This document shows, piece by piece, positions 25,687 through 36,987 of a stretch of 64,000 nt of DNA; the first letter of the stretch is position 1, and each line of letters opens with the position of its first letter. Under the pieces are notes generated by a model that saw only the letters and a program-made list of their open reading frames with translations, had not been told where the DNA came from and ran no database searches. A program made the position numbers and the translations under genes. The stretch is from Gnetum montanum (lineage: Eukaryota; Plantae; Gnetophyta), in contig MNCI01001925.1 in the NCBI GenBank assembly GCA_015680685.1, forward strand, positions 279,573 to 343,572. Reading direction: 5' to 3'.

Positions 25687-28600
25687 TCATATGTCATCTT
25701 CTCCCACATCATTTCCTTCTACATCTTTTCCTTCTACTTTGCCTTCCTTTGCACTACCTTCTTTTGCCCCTTCATTTTCACCCTCTACAGGCCCTGCATC
25801 TTGATCTTGAATCTGCAACATAAAAAAATATGAAGTTGTCAGCTAGAATCATACATAACAGCTAGAAAAACATAAACTGTTGCATCACAAAAAGTGACTA
25901 ACCTAAGATGGCCCTACATTTATCTCGAGAGGTATGAGATCCAAGCTAAGCCCAAGGCGGTGCCAGATCTCCTCCTTCGTGATATCTACCCAGTACCAAT
26001 CACTTGGTTCAGCGTTTCCAGAAGCCTTCTCCTTTTCAATGGCTATCCATCTCGATGGTCCCAAAGAAAAAGAAGAAGTGGCGGTCTCACCTATGGGAAG
26101 ATCCACTGCTCATTTAGGGGATTCATTGATCATCACTTGCTCCATGAACTTGTTGTAAGCCTCAGAAGCAGCAATGGCATTCATGAATGCTTCATAGGTA
26201 AACACCTTCATTGAAGCATCCTGGTATTATTTGTGGTAGGTGAAAATTTCTAGTTTATACATTTGTTTCTAGTTTTTCTGGGACTTCCCCCACTCGTAAA
26301 CTTTGGCATTGTAGTCTTTCCAGTCCTGGTTCTTCTAAGCCAACAAGTCCATCTGCATCTGCTATTCTATTATCTCCCAGGAAATATCATTGTTGTGTCC
26401 CACAGCTGTCTAGTATCTAGCATAATCTATGATAGCCATGCACCAACTACCATCATTGGTATCACAAGGAGGAACTCATTCTTGGATCGGAGGTCTCCCA
26501 TGTCAGTGCTTAGGTAAGCCTTCTCTTTCTTAGTCCTCTGGACCCGTTGTCACAGATCTTCATTGATGTGCCTACACTACCATAAGGAGTGTGCCGAGGG
26601 CAAAGCAAATTTTCTAGCCTTGTCGTATATGTGATGAGGCATCTCAGCGACTTCGGGTGGGAATGTAGGCATGGCGTAAACTTTCAACGCCTGTTTTGGG
26701 TTGCACTTGAGTCAAGAGGCGATAACCACACAAAGAGTGCATTAGTCACACTAGCGTAGCAAAGTTAGCAACTTAAGAAGTCTAGTGTAGCAACCTCAAA
26801 AAGCCTAGCATATTGAATTTACTTACCCACTTCAGGATCAACCTGTCTGAGATGGCCAATCATGTCGTCAATGACCCCCTACATGAAAGTAAGCTTTTCA
26901 GGGGTCTCGATCCATGGTTACAAGGAAATCAGGGGAGGTCCTGTAGCATTAATAGTGGTGTCTATCATACAACCAAACGTATCAGTAATGACTGAGATGG
27001 AATACAACAAAGCTATGAGTAACACGAACAACACTATAAGGGCTCCTACCTAGTAAACCCTCAGGGGTGATAATAGGGGGATCACCCATTGACATATCAT
27101 TGAATATATTGTCAAACTCACCAGCATCTAATTGTAGTTCCCCTCCTTTCTGGCTCAAAAATATGGGAGCACCCTTATCATATTCCTCTTTATTTTTTGG
27201 GACCTTTCTTTTCCAGGCACCAACATCTTCCTCATCCATACAAGACTCCTCCTTGTCGCCAAAAGTTTCCTCCTCTTCAATAGGAGTGTTTTCTTTGTCG
27301 GTGCGAGCCCCTTCCTTTGTGAGGAGGGATCCTTCTTCTCTCTTGACTGGGGCCCTTTCTTCAGAGACTGGGGCCTCTGTGCTGTTATTTTCCACCCCTG
27401 TCTTGGGGGTTGACACCTCTTCATCACCTTCTTCTTCTTCTTCTTCTTCCTCTGGTAGCAAAAACATATTCGCCATATAGCTTAAACAACATTAGCTTAG
27501 AGTAGGTGCTACACTATGATACACTTCCTAGCATAGCACAGCGTAGTAAGCATTTAATCAAGAGGTGAAGAAACAAACATAGATAAAAGAATTTACCAAT
27601 GGAGGGCTACATCCTATGTAGCTTAAACCACAGTGTCTTCCCCTCTTCTTCTTCTGCATGGGGAGTCTTCTCGGCTGGATGAGGCCTCTTTCACCATAAC
27701 TTGGTGGCCACCTTCTCAGCAATGAGATGTTTCCCTTGCAACATGCTACCTGTAGCAGCAGGGGGAACCTCTCCCACGCTATCCTAGCCATGGAAGTTGC
27801 GGGCTACCTAATCCTTAGTCATCATGGAAAATGACTCCCTAATAGCTTTTGGGGGATCTTGGGCTACGATGGTCTAGAGGATTTCATAGATCCACAATTT
27901 GGAAATCTGGTTACAAACTCGCATAACCTAGACTCCATTCTCACGGACTACCAAGAACTCTATGAAACACCACAAGCAAGCTATGTAAAATGCATGGTGC
28001 ACCTTGAAATAGGATTCATGCTTCTTATGAGGCACAACTATTTCAGCTTGCAAGCCTTTGCAAAGATGCCTAGCCTAGTTCTAGCGGGCCCCTTCATCCA
28101 TGACCTCCTGCATCACCCAAGCTTGCTCAATCTCAATAATCTTCCCTTGGAAAAGTAGCTTGGGAAACACATGGGCATGAAAGATAGGGTAAAAATATTT
28201 GGCAACACTTGGCTTGACCTTCTCCATGAGGATCCCTTTTCATCCTTTTGCAATCCCTACCCACTCTTCAGTGTCCCTATGATGGTTTGCCTCTTTGATT
28301 GTCTTTGATCCTACGGGGAGACCATCAGTAGGGAGATTGAAAAGATCCATAAATAGCTGGTCATTGATTTCAAGGACCATCCACATGCCGTGTACACATT
28401 TGTATAAGTAGTCTACGTTTTCAAAAAAAGAGTCAGCTAGGGTGAGCATCTTAGTGGCAGGAATGCTCGGGTTCATGGCTAGGAAAAAATCCATGAGCTC
28501 AATATCCTGAAGGTGCTTGATGAGGGATTCCGAGGTTGTGTTGCATAATCAGCGTTGGCTCTCATCTACCCCCGGTACTTGAAGTAGATGTTGGCTTTCT

Positions 28601-30244
28601 GATGCTCAGAGGTGATCACTGTCACCTCCTGGGACTTCTTTTTTGCTATAGAAATTTGCACGAAAATCCAAAATAGAAAAAAATAAGTTAGACAAGGCAT
28701 AAGTAGTAGAAAAAGCCAGAACAACACTCGAACATTTAGTAATTTACTATTTAGCTTACCAGGTCTAAACGGCGATAGGAATGGAGGAACATCAACTAAG
28801 ACATATTCAATAGTGATTGGTTTAAAGGGTGCCCATCCCTCATCCAACCAACCAGACTTGCATCTATCATAGATCTTGGAATACCAGGTTGGATAGGTCT
28901 TGTACTCAATCATGCATTGGCCTATCACACCTACGTGCATATTCTCAGCAGAAGAAAACTACTACAGCATCATCTGTGCTATGGCCAACACATCCATATC
29001 ACTATGAAGCCCATCACCATTGATGAAAAACATGGTAAAAAAAACACACTGTTAACATTTTCCTAGCGTAGCAAACATTGCAGTGTAGCAGAACATGTCT
29101 ACAAAACTCACCCACTGGCATAGTAAACGGTTCCTGGTGGGTTCTGGAAGAACATTCCCATGTGATGTGTAATAAATAAAGTATTATATGGATGGTAGAA
29201 ATTATACTTGGGCATCACCCAGATCCATGCCAAACACCTCACATTTCTTGGACATTGACTGGATCCTTCTCCTTGCTCGCTGCTAATTGCTTCGTCCGTC
29301 AAAAATCTTAGAATACCCCAATTTTCCCTAGACAATAGGGTTTCTGTTATGATGGTCACTACCTCCTCTACCAAGTGTAACCAAATGATCACATTGAAGT
29401 GCTGGAGGAGAAATTGTAGAAAATCTTGCACTCCTTCCCAGAACTAGACCACCTGCTACCCCGCACATGCATGGGGTGGAGGGACATTGGCCATTGGTTC
29501 GCTTATGCACCAGAAGACCCCTACGATTTCTAGGAAAATCAAGATTAGCTTAGTGCCACCTTGAACAATACAATATCAAATGTTAACAACATGTTCAAGT
29601 GTAGTTCAAATATAGCATAGTAGAATTGGTATTTAGTAGATAGCGTAGCATTATTCTCTTCATGCATATAGCGTAGGAAAAAAATATGAAGGGAATAGCG
29701 TAATAGAATTAGCTTAGCGTAGCAACAAGAAAAAATTAAAGACAAATCTTTAAACAAAGAAAAATTTAATGCATTGTATTCATTTAACAGATATGCCTGA
29801 CAAAGCGATTAGCATCACACCATGACAGAACACATGTTACGCTATCACATCACACACATGGCTAAACCCTCCTAAGGGTTGTACGCTACATGCATGCCAA
29901 GTGGTTAAAATCGTCCAAGCCCCTATGGCAATGGTAGCCACAATGATGGCGGTCTAGGCGCCATTGCATGCAACCTTAGCATAGCGTCCATACATTTGTC
30001 GTGGCCAAATTGGCAACAACGACGGTGTATAAGACAAAATAACGACAACACAATGATAGAGAAAGATAGATTTCAAAAAAAATATAAGAATAAAAACAAA
30101 AAGAATAAAAGCAATAACAAAGGCATTGGAAAAATAGAGGGAGCATAGTAGCCTACTGGGTCAACAGTGTCTCCTCTCACACCACAACGTGTACTTATGA
30201 CACACGTCCTAGGATTTCCTTTACTTTGTTGACCTTGACGAGTG
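25687..30244 (-). pseudogene. Antisense multi-exon accessory gene of element B (FCP1/NIF-like, plant-transposon domain, acidic and coiled-coil regions), degenerate; its 5' end lies beyond C at about 48298-48470
   Basis: ORFs 29108-29431 (DFLQFLLQHFNVIIW..NTLFI..FQNPPGTVY), 28566-28940, 28240-28494 (DLFNLPTDGLPV), 26982-27476 and 25903-26106 match the C exons in order; GT donors at equivalent positions. Confidence 0.85.
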
Positions 30245-30249
30245 TCAAG

Positions 30250-31511
30250 TGTACCGCCTGAAATCGTCAGTCTTCGGCTGGAAGGGAAAATAGAGGCCAT
30301 GGGATCGCGGGACTGGTACAGAAGACCCTGCCTTCGCCTGAGGGTGAGCTGGAATGTAACAGAGGTAGAGTACCTTGGGTGGTCCGCACGTGGATCAGAC
30401 AAGGATTTCCCCACGCGTACGCAAAACGCTAATACGCTGGGTTATGCATAAACGACGTGCAGGAGTAAATAGCAAAAACAGCGTGAAACGTAAACGGATG
30501 CAAACGAAGCGTGAGCGTAAACAGACGTAAACGATGTGTGGGCCAAATTGAAGTAAAATTGTAAAAGAACTTGTAGCAAATGTAAATAGTATAGAGTCAA
30601 AGTATAGTGCACCGGTCTAACGCAGTCGTGGGGGGACACAAGGCAGACGAAAAGCCCCGGCGTATGCAGGAATGACTCGGCCTGTTCCCAAGGCAGGCAG
30701 AGCGTAGAAACTGTGCATGCAGCATACAGGGCGTAAGAGGGTTTCAGCTCTTGTGCACATTGTAAATGTTCTCTGGTGTGCTCTGGGATTTTTCCCACCG
30801 TCTTGTGAAAGTGGGAAATGGGGGTTTTTATACAGGTTGTTATGCTAAACTCGGGTTGGACGACACGTGGCGCATTGACCAGGTGCATACACTTTACAAA
30901 TATACAAAATGTTACAACTACTGGGCGTATACGTTGCATCAAGTCGACGTATACATTGAAAATGCTGGGCGTAAACTAGGTGGACATGCTGAGCGCTGGG
31001 CGTATATGCCCACACGCTGGGCGTATACGCTAGTAAATGTTGGGCGTACATGCCAGGCGTATACGCTGATGAATGTTGGCCGTACATGCCAGGCATATAC
31101 GCTAAAGGATGCTGGGCGTACACGCCGGGCGTATACGCTGAAGGATGCTGGGCGTACATGCCGGGCGCATATGCCGAAGGATGTCCACTTGCTTCAATCC
31201 TTGCTCTTCGGTGTTATCTTCATGCTGTCATTGGAGATCTTATCGTCGAGTGTGTGCATCTGCAGTACCTGGGCGTGTACGCCGGAGAGCTGGGCATATA
31301 CGCTGGAGTTCCAGCCGTATACGCTAGACGCATATGCTGGAATGTTGGGCGTATACGCTGTATGCTAGGCGTATACGCTGGAGTGTATACACTGGCACCA
31401 TGTACTTAGCAAAAACTAAGTGTTGCGATCATGCATCCAGCGTCGTTCATGAGTTCCAGGGTCCTGTTTGGTGTCGGACAAGTACTAAGTTCCGAATTTT
31501 GTGGTGTTTCA
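30250..31511 (-). repeat. 3' LTR of element C (1262 bp)
   Basis: TGTACCGCC...GGTGTTTCA; direct repeat of 47039-48292. Confidence 0.96.
30920..31400. repeat. Array within the C LTR (U3): units of about 33 bp with the palindrome GCGTATACGC
   Basis: Repeating GCTGGGCGTACACGCCGGGCGTATACGCTGAAGGAT; also at 47710-48180. Confidence 0.9.
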
Positions 31512-31526
31512 TTGGCACCTCTTTGT
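31512..31526 (-). promoter_or_regulatory. Polypurine tract of element C
   Basis: Minus strand ACAAAGAGGTGCCAA directly before the 3' LTR; B has ACAAAGAGGGGCCAA at the same position. Confidence 0.8.
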
Positions 31527-32519
31527 TGACGCTTGGAGGAATCGATCCGAGAAGCGTCGACAAAGAAGTGCAAAACACCACCAGCAACTCGATAGAGACG
31601 TTGTCTACTGCCACTTGGATGAGATGTCATCGCACCGTGTTCAGTAGTACAGAGGATTGGGGAAAGGAAAATTTTGTATCTGGGAGGTCAGGGAGATTGC
31701 GGGGATTGATGATCGGTCCAGGAGATTAATCAGGGGAAAGGGGATGCTCTGATGTGAGGTATGCCGATCCTTGTCAATAGCCATTGTTTAGCAGACTCGG
31801 AGTTTAGACATGCGAGGTGTGTCTTTTGGTGGAACAAGGCTCTTGGTTAGTGTGCAAGAGAACTTGTTGATGGGACCAAAGCTACAGGAGGATGTGTTGC
31901 ATTCTTTGGGAGAACAGGGCCCATGTTTAATGTTCAGGGGAACCTGTTGGCAGGGAGCCAAAGCCATGTGACTTGATGCTTTTTGACCATTGTGGGCACA
32001 AGTACTTGGTTTTGAGACGACTGCCTTCCCGCCTGGGGCTTACATAGGAAGTGCCCGGGGTCTCTCTCTCTTTTTTTTTACATAAACTTTGCTCTGTTTG
32101 TGTACTCGTGCACAGGTGTTGTACTGTGTGGCGTATTGCAGCGTGCAACAGTGTGCTCAATGTTTTGAATGTACTGGGTGCGTCAAGGGTGTAGTTGAGT
32201 GGAAATTGGGGAATGAATGGGGATGTACTAGTGAATGGTTTGATTTAGTCCTGCTAGGTATGTTGCGAACATTGTCTTATCTTGCTGCTTACGACGGAGT
32301 GCATCTTTGTACGGAACTTCCAGGTGTCATCCTGCAAACATAACGCCAAGGAGATAAGAAAACTATGAGCGAATAGATGAGCTTAGACTTACATGATGGC
32401 TGATGGCACAGAGGTGCTGAAGGACGGCCGACACTATGTGTAGATGATAGCAATATTGATGATGAGCGATGCAGTGAAGCTGATGGACGATCATGATGGT
32501 GGATTGATGTGACGGATGT

Positions 32520-32855
32520 GGATTTGCCAATTTATAGTCTTGGTAAACTATTATGGGTTAGTTTTATGTCATAACCCATTGGACATTGCCTGTTTAGTGT
32601 CATGGCGGATAGTACATTGCCATTTTTTAGTCTTAGCGAACTATGAAGAGGCAAGCTAGCTTATAGTCTTGGCAGACCCTGATGGTTGTGACGGTGGAAA
32701 TTTACTGTCATGCTAGACGGGTGGTAGTTTATTATCATTGCGGACACTGTGGTATTATTTTTAAGTCATAATCCAGGACTGTTCTATGGTATCAGTTTAT
32801 CGTCATGATTCCAGGACAAGCTGTGGTATCAGTTTATAGTCGTGATTCCAGGACT
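32520..32855 (-). repeat. Degenerate array of about 30-35 bp units downstream of the integrase in C (core ATGACNATAAACT)
   Basis: Repeated AGTTTAT.GTC(A/G)TG on the plus strand. Confidence 0.7.
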
Positions 32856-32876
32856 TACACGTACCTGAGCTTATGT

Positions 32877-35800
32877 TTAGATGTAGAATAGTTTCAGATA
32901 CAAATGATTTATCGAATTAGCGAGCTCGTTCCCTTCTATGTCAGCTAACTTGAATGCACCATTGTCGAATGCCTTGATGACCACGTAAGGCCCTTCCCAG
33001 TTGGCTGAGAATTTGTCCGGGTGTTCTCGAACAGCTTTGAGTACGAGATCGCCTTCGTGGATTGGGCATTTGTTAATGTCATGCCGATGTCGCTGTCGTT
33101 GTTTCCTTTGGTACCATTTGATCTGATCGAGTGCGCGTGCACGTTCCTCTTCCACCAAGTCAAGGTCAATGAGACGTAGTTCATTGTTTTGCCCGTCGTC
33201 GAGGAGTCCGGAGAGTGTGATCCTTAACGACAGTACCTGTAATTCCAAAGGTAAAACAACTTATGAACCGTAAACGAGACTGTACGGAGTTTTACCTGTT
33301 GACATTCGGTGAGTAGTGCGGTGAGCCCATAATGCATATAGTAATTGCTCGTGCCATTTCCTTTTGCTCTGGGTGAGCATTTTCTTGAGTATTGTAATGA
33401 TCGTTTTATTGGTTGCTTCTGCTTGCCCATTGCTTTGAGGATAGTAAGGAGAGGAAAACGAGTGTTTGATCCCCAGACTATCGCAAAAGGTTTTTGTGTC
33501 GGCACTGCTGAATTGCGGCCCATTGTCAGTGATAATTGTCAAAGGGGTGCCAAAGCGGGTTATAATATTTTCTAGGATAAAGTTGCACATGTGTTTAGAA
33601 GTCGTTTTTCGAAGGGGAGCTGCTTCTACCCACTTCGTGAAATATTCAGTAGCGGTTATGATGAAACTGTGCCCTGCAGAAGATGAGGGTGTTATCGAGC
33701 CGATAAGGTCCAATCCCCACTTCTGAAAAGGCCATGTTATTTGTGCTGTGTGCAATTCGTTTGGTGGTACATGTGTTAAGTTACTATGTTTTTGACAAAT
33801 ATTACATGTTTTGACTTTGGAGAAGCAGTCGTATTCCATGTGTGGTCAATAATAGCCTAAGCATCTTATTTTCGTGGCCATGGCTTTTGGTGCTATGTGT
33901 CCTCCACATAGTCCCTCATGTACTTGATCAACTATGGTTTGGGCATCGGTATTACTTACGCATGTTAGTAATATACCTTCGTAGGATCTACGACACAGTG
34001 TGTCCCCTATGAGGGTGTATTGCCTCGATCGTTTCCGCACTACATCTTTCTGTGCATTTGTTAGATGTCGTGGTGTTTCACTGCGCAGGAGGTACTCTTT
34101 TATGTCATCGTACCATTCTATTGCGTGTATTGTGCTAACAGATGCGATCGGCAACGTATCGGAAGTTATTGGTTCATCACAGTTGATTACGGAGCTTGGC
34201 AAGGCATAGAACATGTCGGGCGATATATTTAACGCTAGTGTGGCTAACGCGTCTGCGATAGTGTTATCATTTTGAGAGACGTGTTGCACATCAATGTGTT
34301 TGAATTGTTTCATTAAATGTTTCGCCAAGTCACAGTATGGTTGTAAATGTTGAACTTTGCATGTGTAAATGTCTGTAACTTGGTTTACAACCAATTGTGA
34401 ATCCCCTCTGACTATGAGCCGTGTGATATCTAAAGCCAGTGCTGTCATGAGACCTCTAAAGAGACCTTCATACTCTACTATGTTATTAGTATAGTGAAAA
34501 CTGAAGAGATAGGCAAAGGGTCAAATCTCCCTGGAGGGATAAGTGATGACAACAGCCGCACTTCCTCCTCGAGAGGTGGATGCTCCATCAAAGTTTGAAA
34601 TAACATCGTAGTCATCAGGCATTGTGTCTATTGTGCTTATACTTTCATTTGGGAATTCAGGCTCTATGGTTGCTTGGTCATGCGTTGGTGATGCAGCCAT
34701 TTGATTTACTATGGCTTGACCTTTAACTAATGATTTTGTTACGTAGTACAGGTCAAACTCAGCTATCATGGCTTTCCACCAGGCTATTCGACTCGTTTCG
34801 TAAATGTTTCCTATTATGGCTCCCAGTACGTTGTCCTTGCAAATTACGTAGACTTGATTGCGGAAGAGGTAGTGTCGCCATTTTCTTAGAGAAAAGACCA
34901 AAGCTAAACATGACCTCTCCACGTCGTTATATTTCTTTTCATGGGCAACTAAGGCATGGCTCAAGTAGTATACAGGGACTTCAGTTCCGTCATCTTGTTT
35001 CTGATAGAGCATAGATGCGATGGACAATTCTGAAGTGGTAAGGTAGATGTAAAACGGTTTGTTGTTTTGGGGCGGGTAGACCGTAGGCAGTCGGGCAAGT
35101 GCTGTTTTGATATTTTTGAAAGCTTCCTGGCACTGCGAAGTCCATTCGAAATGGACATTTTTACGCAATAGGTGGTTCATAGGTTTTAGTTTGTTTGTTA
35201 ATTTTTCTACGAATCTCCTGATGAACTGCAATTTCTGTAAGGTTGCTTGGTGGTTTTAGGTTTGTTATGGCCTTGACCTTATCGGGGTTCACTCATATCC
35301 CTACTTCTGAAGCTATGAATCCAAGCATTTTGCCTGTTTTGACATCGAAGATGCATTTTTTTGGGTTAAGTCTTAGTTCATATTTTAAACAACGTTTTAA
35401 AACTAAGTCGAGGTCTTGTACGTGTTGTTCGATCATTTTTGATTTAACCACGATGTCATCTACATAATCGTTGAGTGATCGTAGCATGTAATCACTAAAG
35501 ATAAACATCATGGCTCTTTGATATGTGGCCCCTACGTTCTTGAGACCGAAGGGCATCATAGTGTAACAAAAAGTTCCCCATGGGGTCATGAAGGTGGTTC
35601 GAAGTTGATGTTCCAAATTGATGCGTATTTGGTTGTATCCTGAGAAACCATCCATAAAAGATAACAAGGCATGTCCTATAGTCGAGTCAACAAGTTGATC
35701 GATGCTAGGCAGGGGAAAGTCATCTTTTATGGTTGCTACATTCAAATCTCGGAAGTCGATGCATAAGTGAATGCTTTTGTTTTTCTTCGGGACGATGACC

Positions 35801-36338
35801 ATGTTGGATACCCCTTCGGCGTAATCAACAGCCCGAATGAAACCAGCTTGATAAAGCTTGGTGATCTCATTGCGGACTGCCAATGCCACCTCGGGTCGAA
35901 CTTTTCGTGCTTTCTGTCTTATCGGTCTCAGTTTGGGATCCAAAATAATGTTGTGTTGGACAATTCTAGGATCTAGCCCAAGAATGTCCGTATAAGACCA
36001 AGCGAATGCTTTCATGTTTTCCCTAAGTACGTTTTGGATGTCTTGTGCCAAGTGTGGTTGTAGTAGTGTACTTAATTTTAATATTTTTATTTCCCCATTA
36101 GGCATGGTAATGGGTGTTTCAGCTAACGGATCTTCAGTGATGTTTTCGGCCTCTATGTCAAGAAATTTCGTCATGCCTCCATAGTCATCTGTTGTTTGCT
36201 GTGTTGAGGCTATGACCGCATTGTCCATTAGTGGACTTAAATTGATGAAGTTTATGTCAATGTCCCGTGTAATGATGCCGTGTGGTCTGTCAATGGTTAA
36301 CGGTGCGGCTAACTGCAGGCAGTCCATTGAGCTTGCTC
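32877..36338 (-). pseudogene. pol: pol of element C: RT - RNase H - additional (archaeal-type) RNase H - integrase; few stops and frameshifts
   Basis: RT: CIDFRDLN, MDGFSGYNQI, MPFGLKN, YVDD. RH: PVYYLS..EKKY..E. aRH: FDGAS, NNIVEYEG, GDSQLVVNQV, ADALA. INT: HEGLCGGH..CNIC, WGLDLIG, TDNGPQF, NGQAEATNK, WEGPY. No chromodomain. Confidence 0.97.
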
Positions 36339-36479
36339 CTGCCAATAAACCGAGAGTTGCATGAGCAAAGGGATTGTTCTGTGTCTTTTGACAATTTTAG
36401 ACTATGCGTACGTGTATAACAGTGGATTATCGTCACACCTGGATGTATGGCAGTTTTATGCCTTACCGGGCAGTGTGCG

Positions 36480-36560
36480 GCAGTTTAAGGCCATACCAGG
36501 CCAATGGGCGGATGGGGAAATGGCAGTTTAAGGCCGTACCGGGCCAATGGCTATTTAAAC
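36480..36560 (+). promoter_or_regulatory. Putative promoter of the antisense gene in C: two GGCAGTTTAAGGCC..GGCCAATGG repeats and TATTTAAA (36552-36559)
   Basis: CCAAT x2 and a TATA-like box about 430 bp upstream of the predicted ATG; A and B have CTATAAATA at the equivalent position. Confidence 0.5.
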
Positions 36561-36987
36561 CAGCGTAAATGTGTAAAAAGGGGTCTACGGAGGAACTAGG
36601 ATGTAATAATCCTTGTTTTTAATGAATTTTTTGTTAAATTTTATCATTTTGGACAGATTTTGGTGAAAAATAGGAAAAAAGGCAAAAAAGGCGAAAACGA
36701 GGCAATGGCGGCGTAAGCGGCGGTGGCGTCAACGTCAGCATCATCAGGCGCTATTTGTTTTCTATTTTGAAAACGACGGCGTAGAGCGTAACCCGAGCGA
36801 GCGTGAGCGTAAGCGTACAATTGCTAAAGCGTAGGTGTAAATCACCATACCCTAGCGTAAGAGTAAACTGGAACCTAAGCGTAGATGCCGAAGGTTGAAC
36901 CCAGCGTAGATGTCGAGGCTTAAAATTCTTAACGCCAGCATAAAGTTACTCAACGTGAACGTAGATCGCTAGCGTAGACACTCTGAA

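Larger units (their letters stand above)
16224..26972 (+). repeat. Internal tandem duplication in B: unit 1 at 16224-21601, unit 2 at 21602-26972
   Basis: The two units are colinear; 4-bp microhomology ACAA at 16220-16223, 21598-21601 and 26969-26972. Confidence 0.9.

Noticed and set aside
30766-31409. ORFs with repeated AYTL / GVYA peptides (also 47727-48190 and 37142-37502)
   Set aside because: These are translations of the GCGTATACGC array in the LTR or intron, open in several frames and strands; no evidence of coding.
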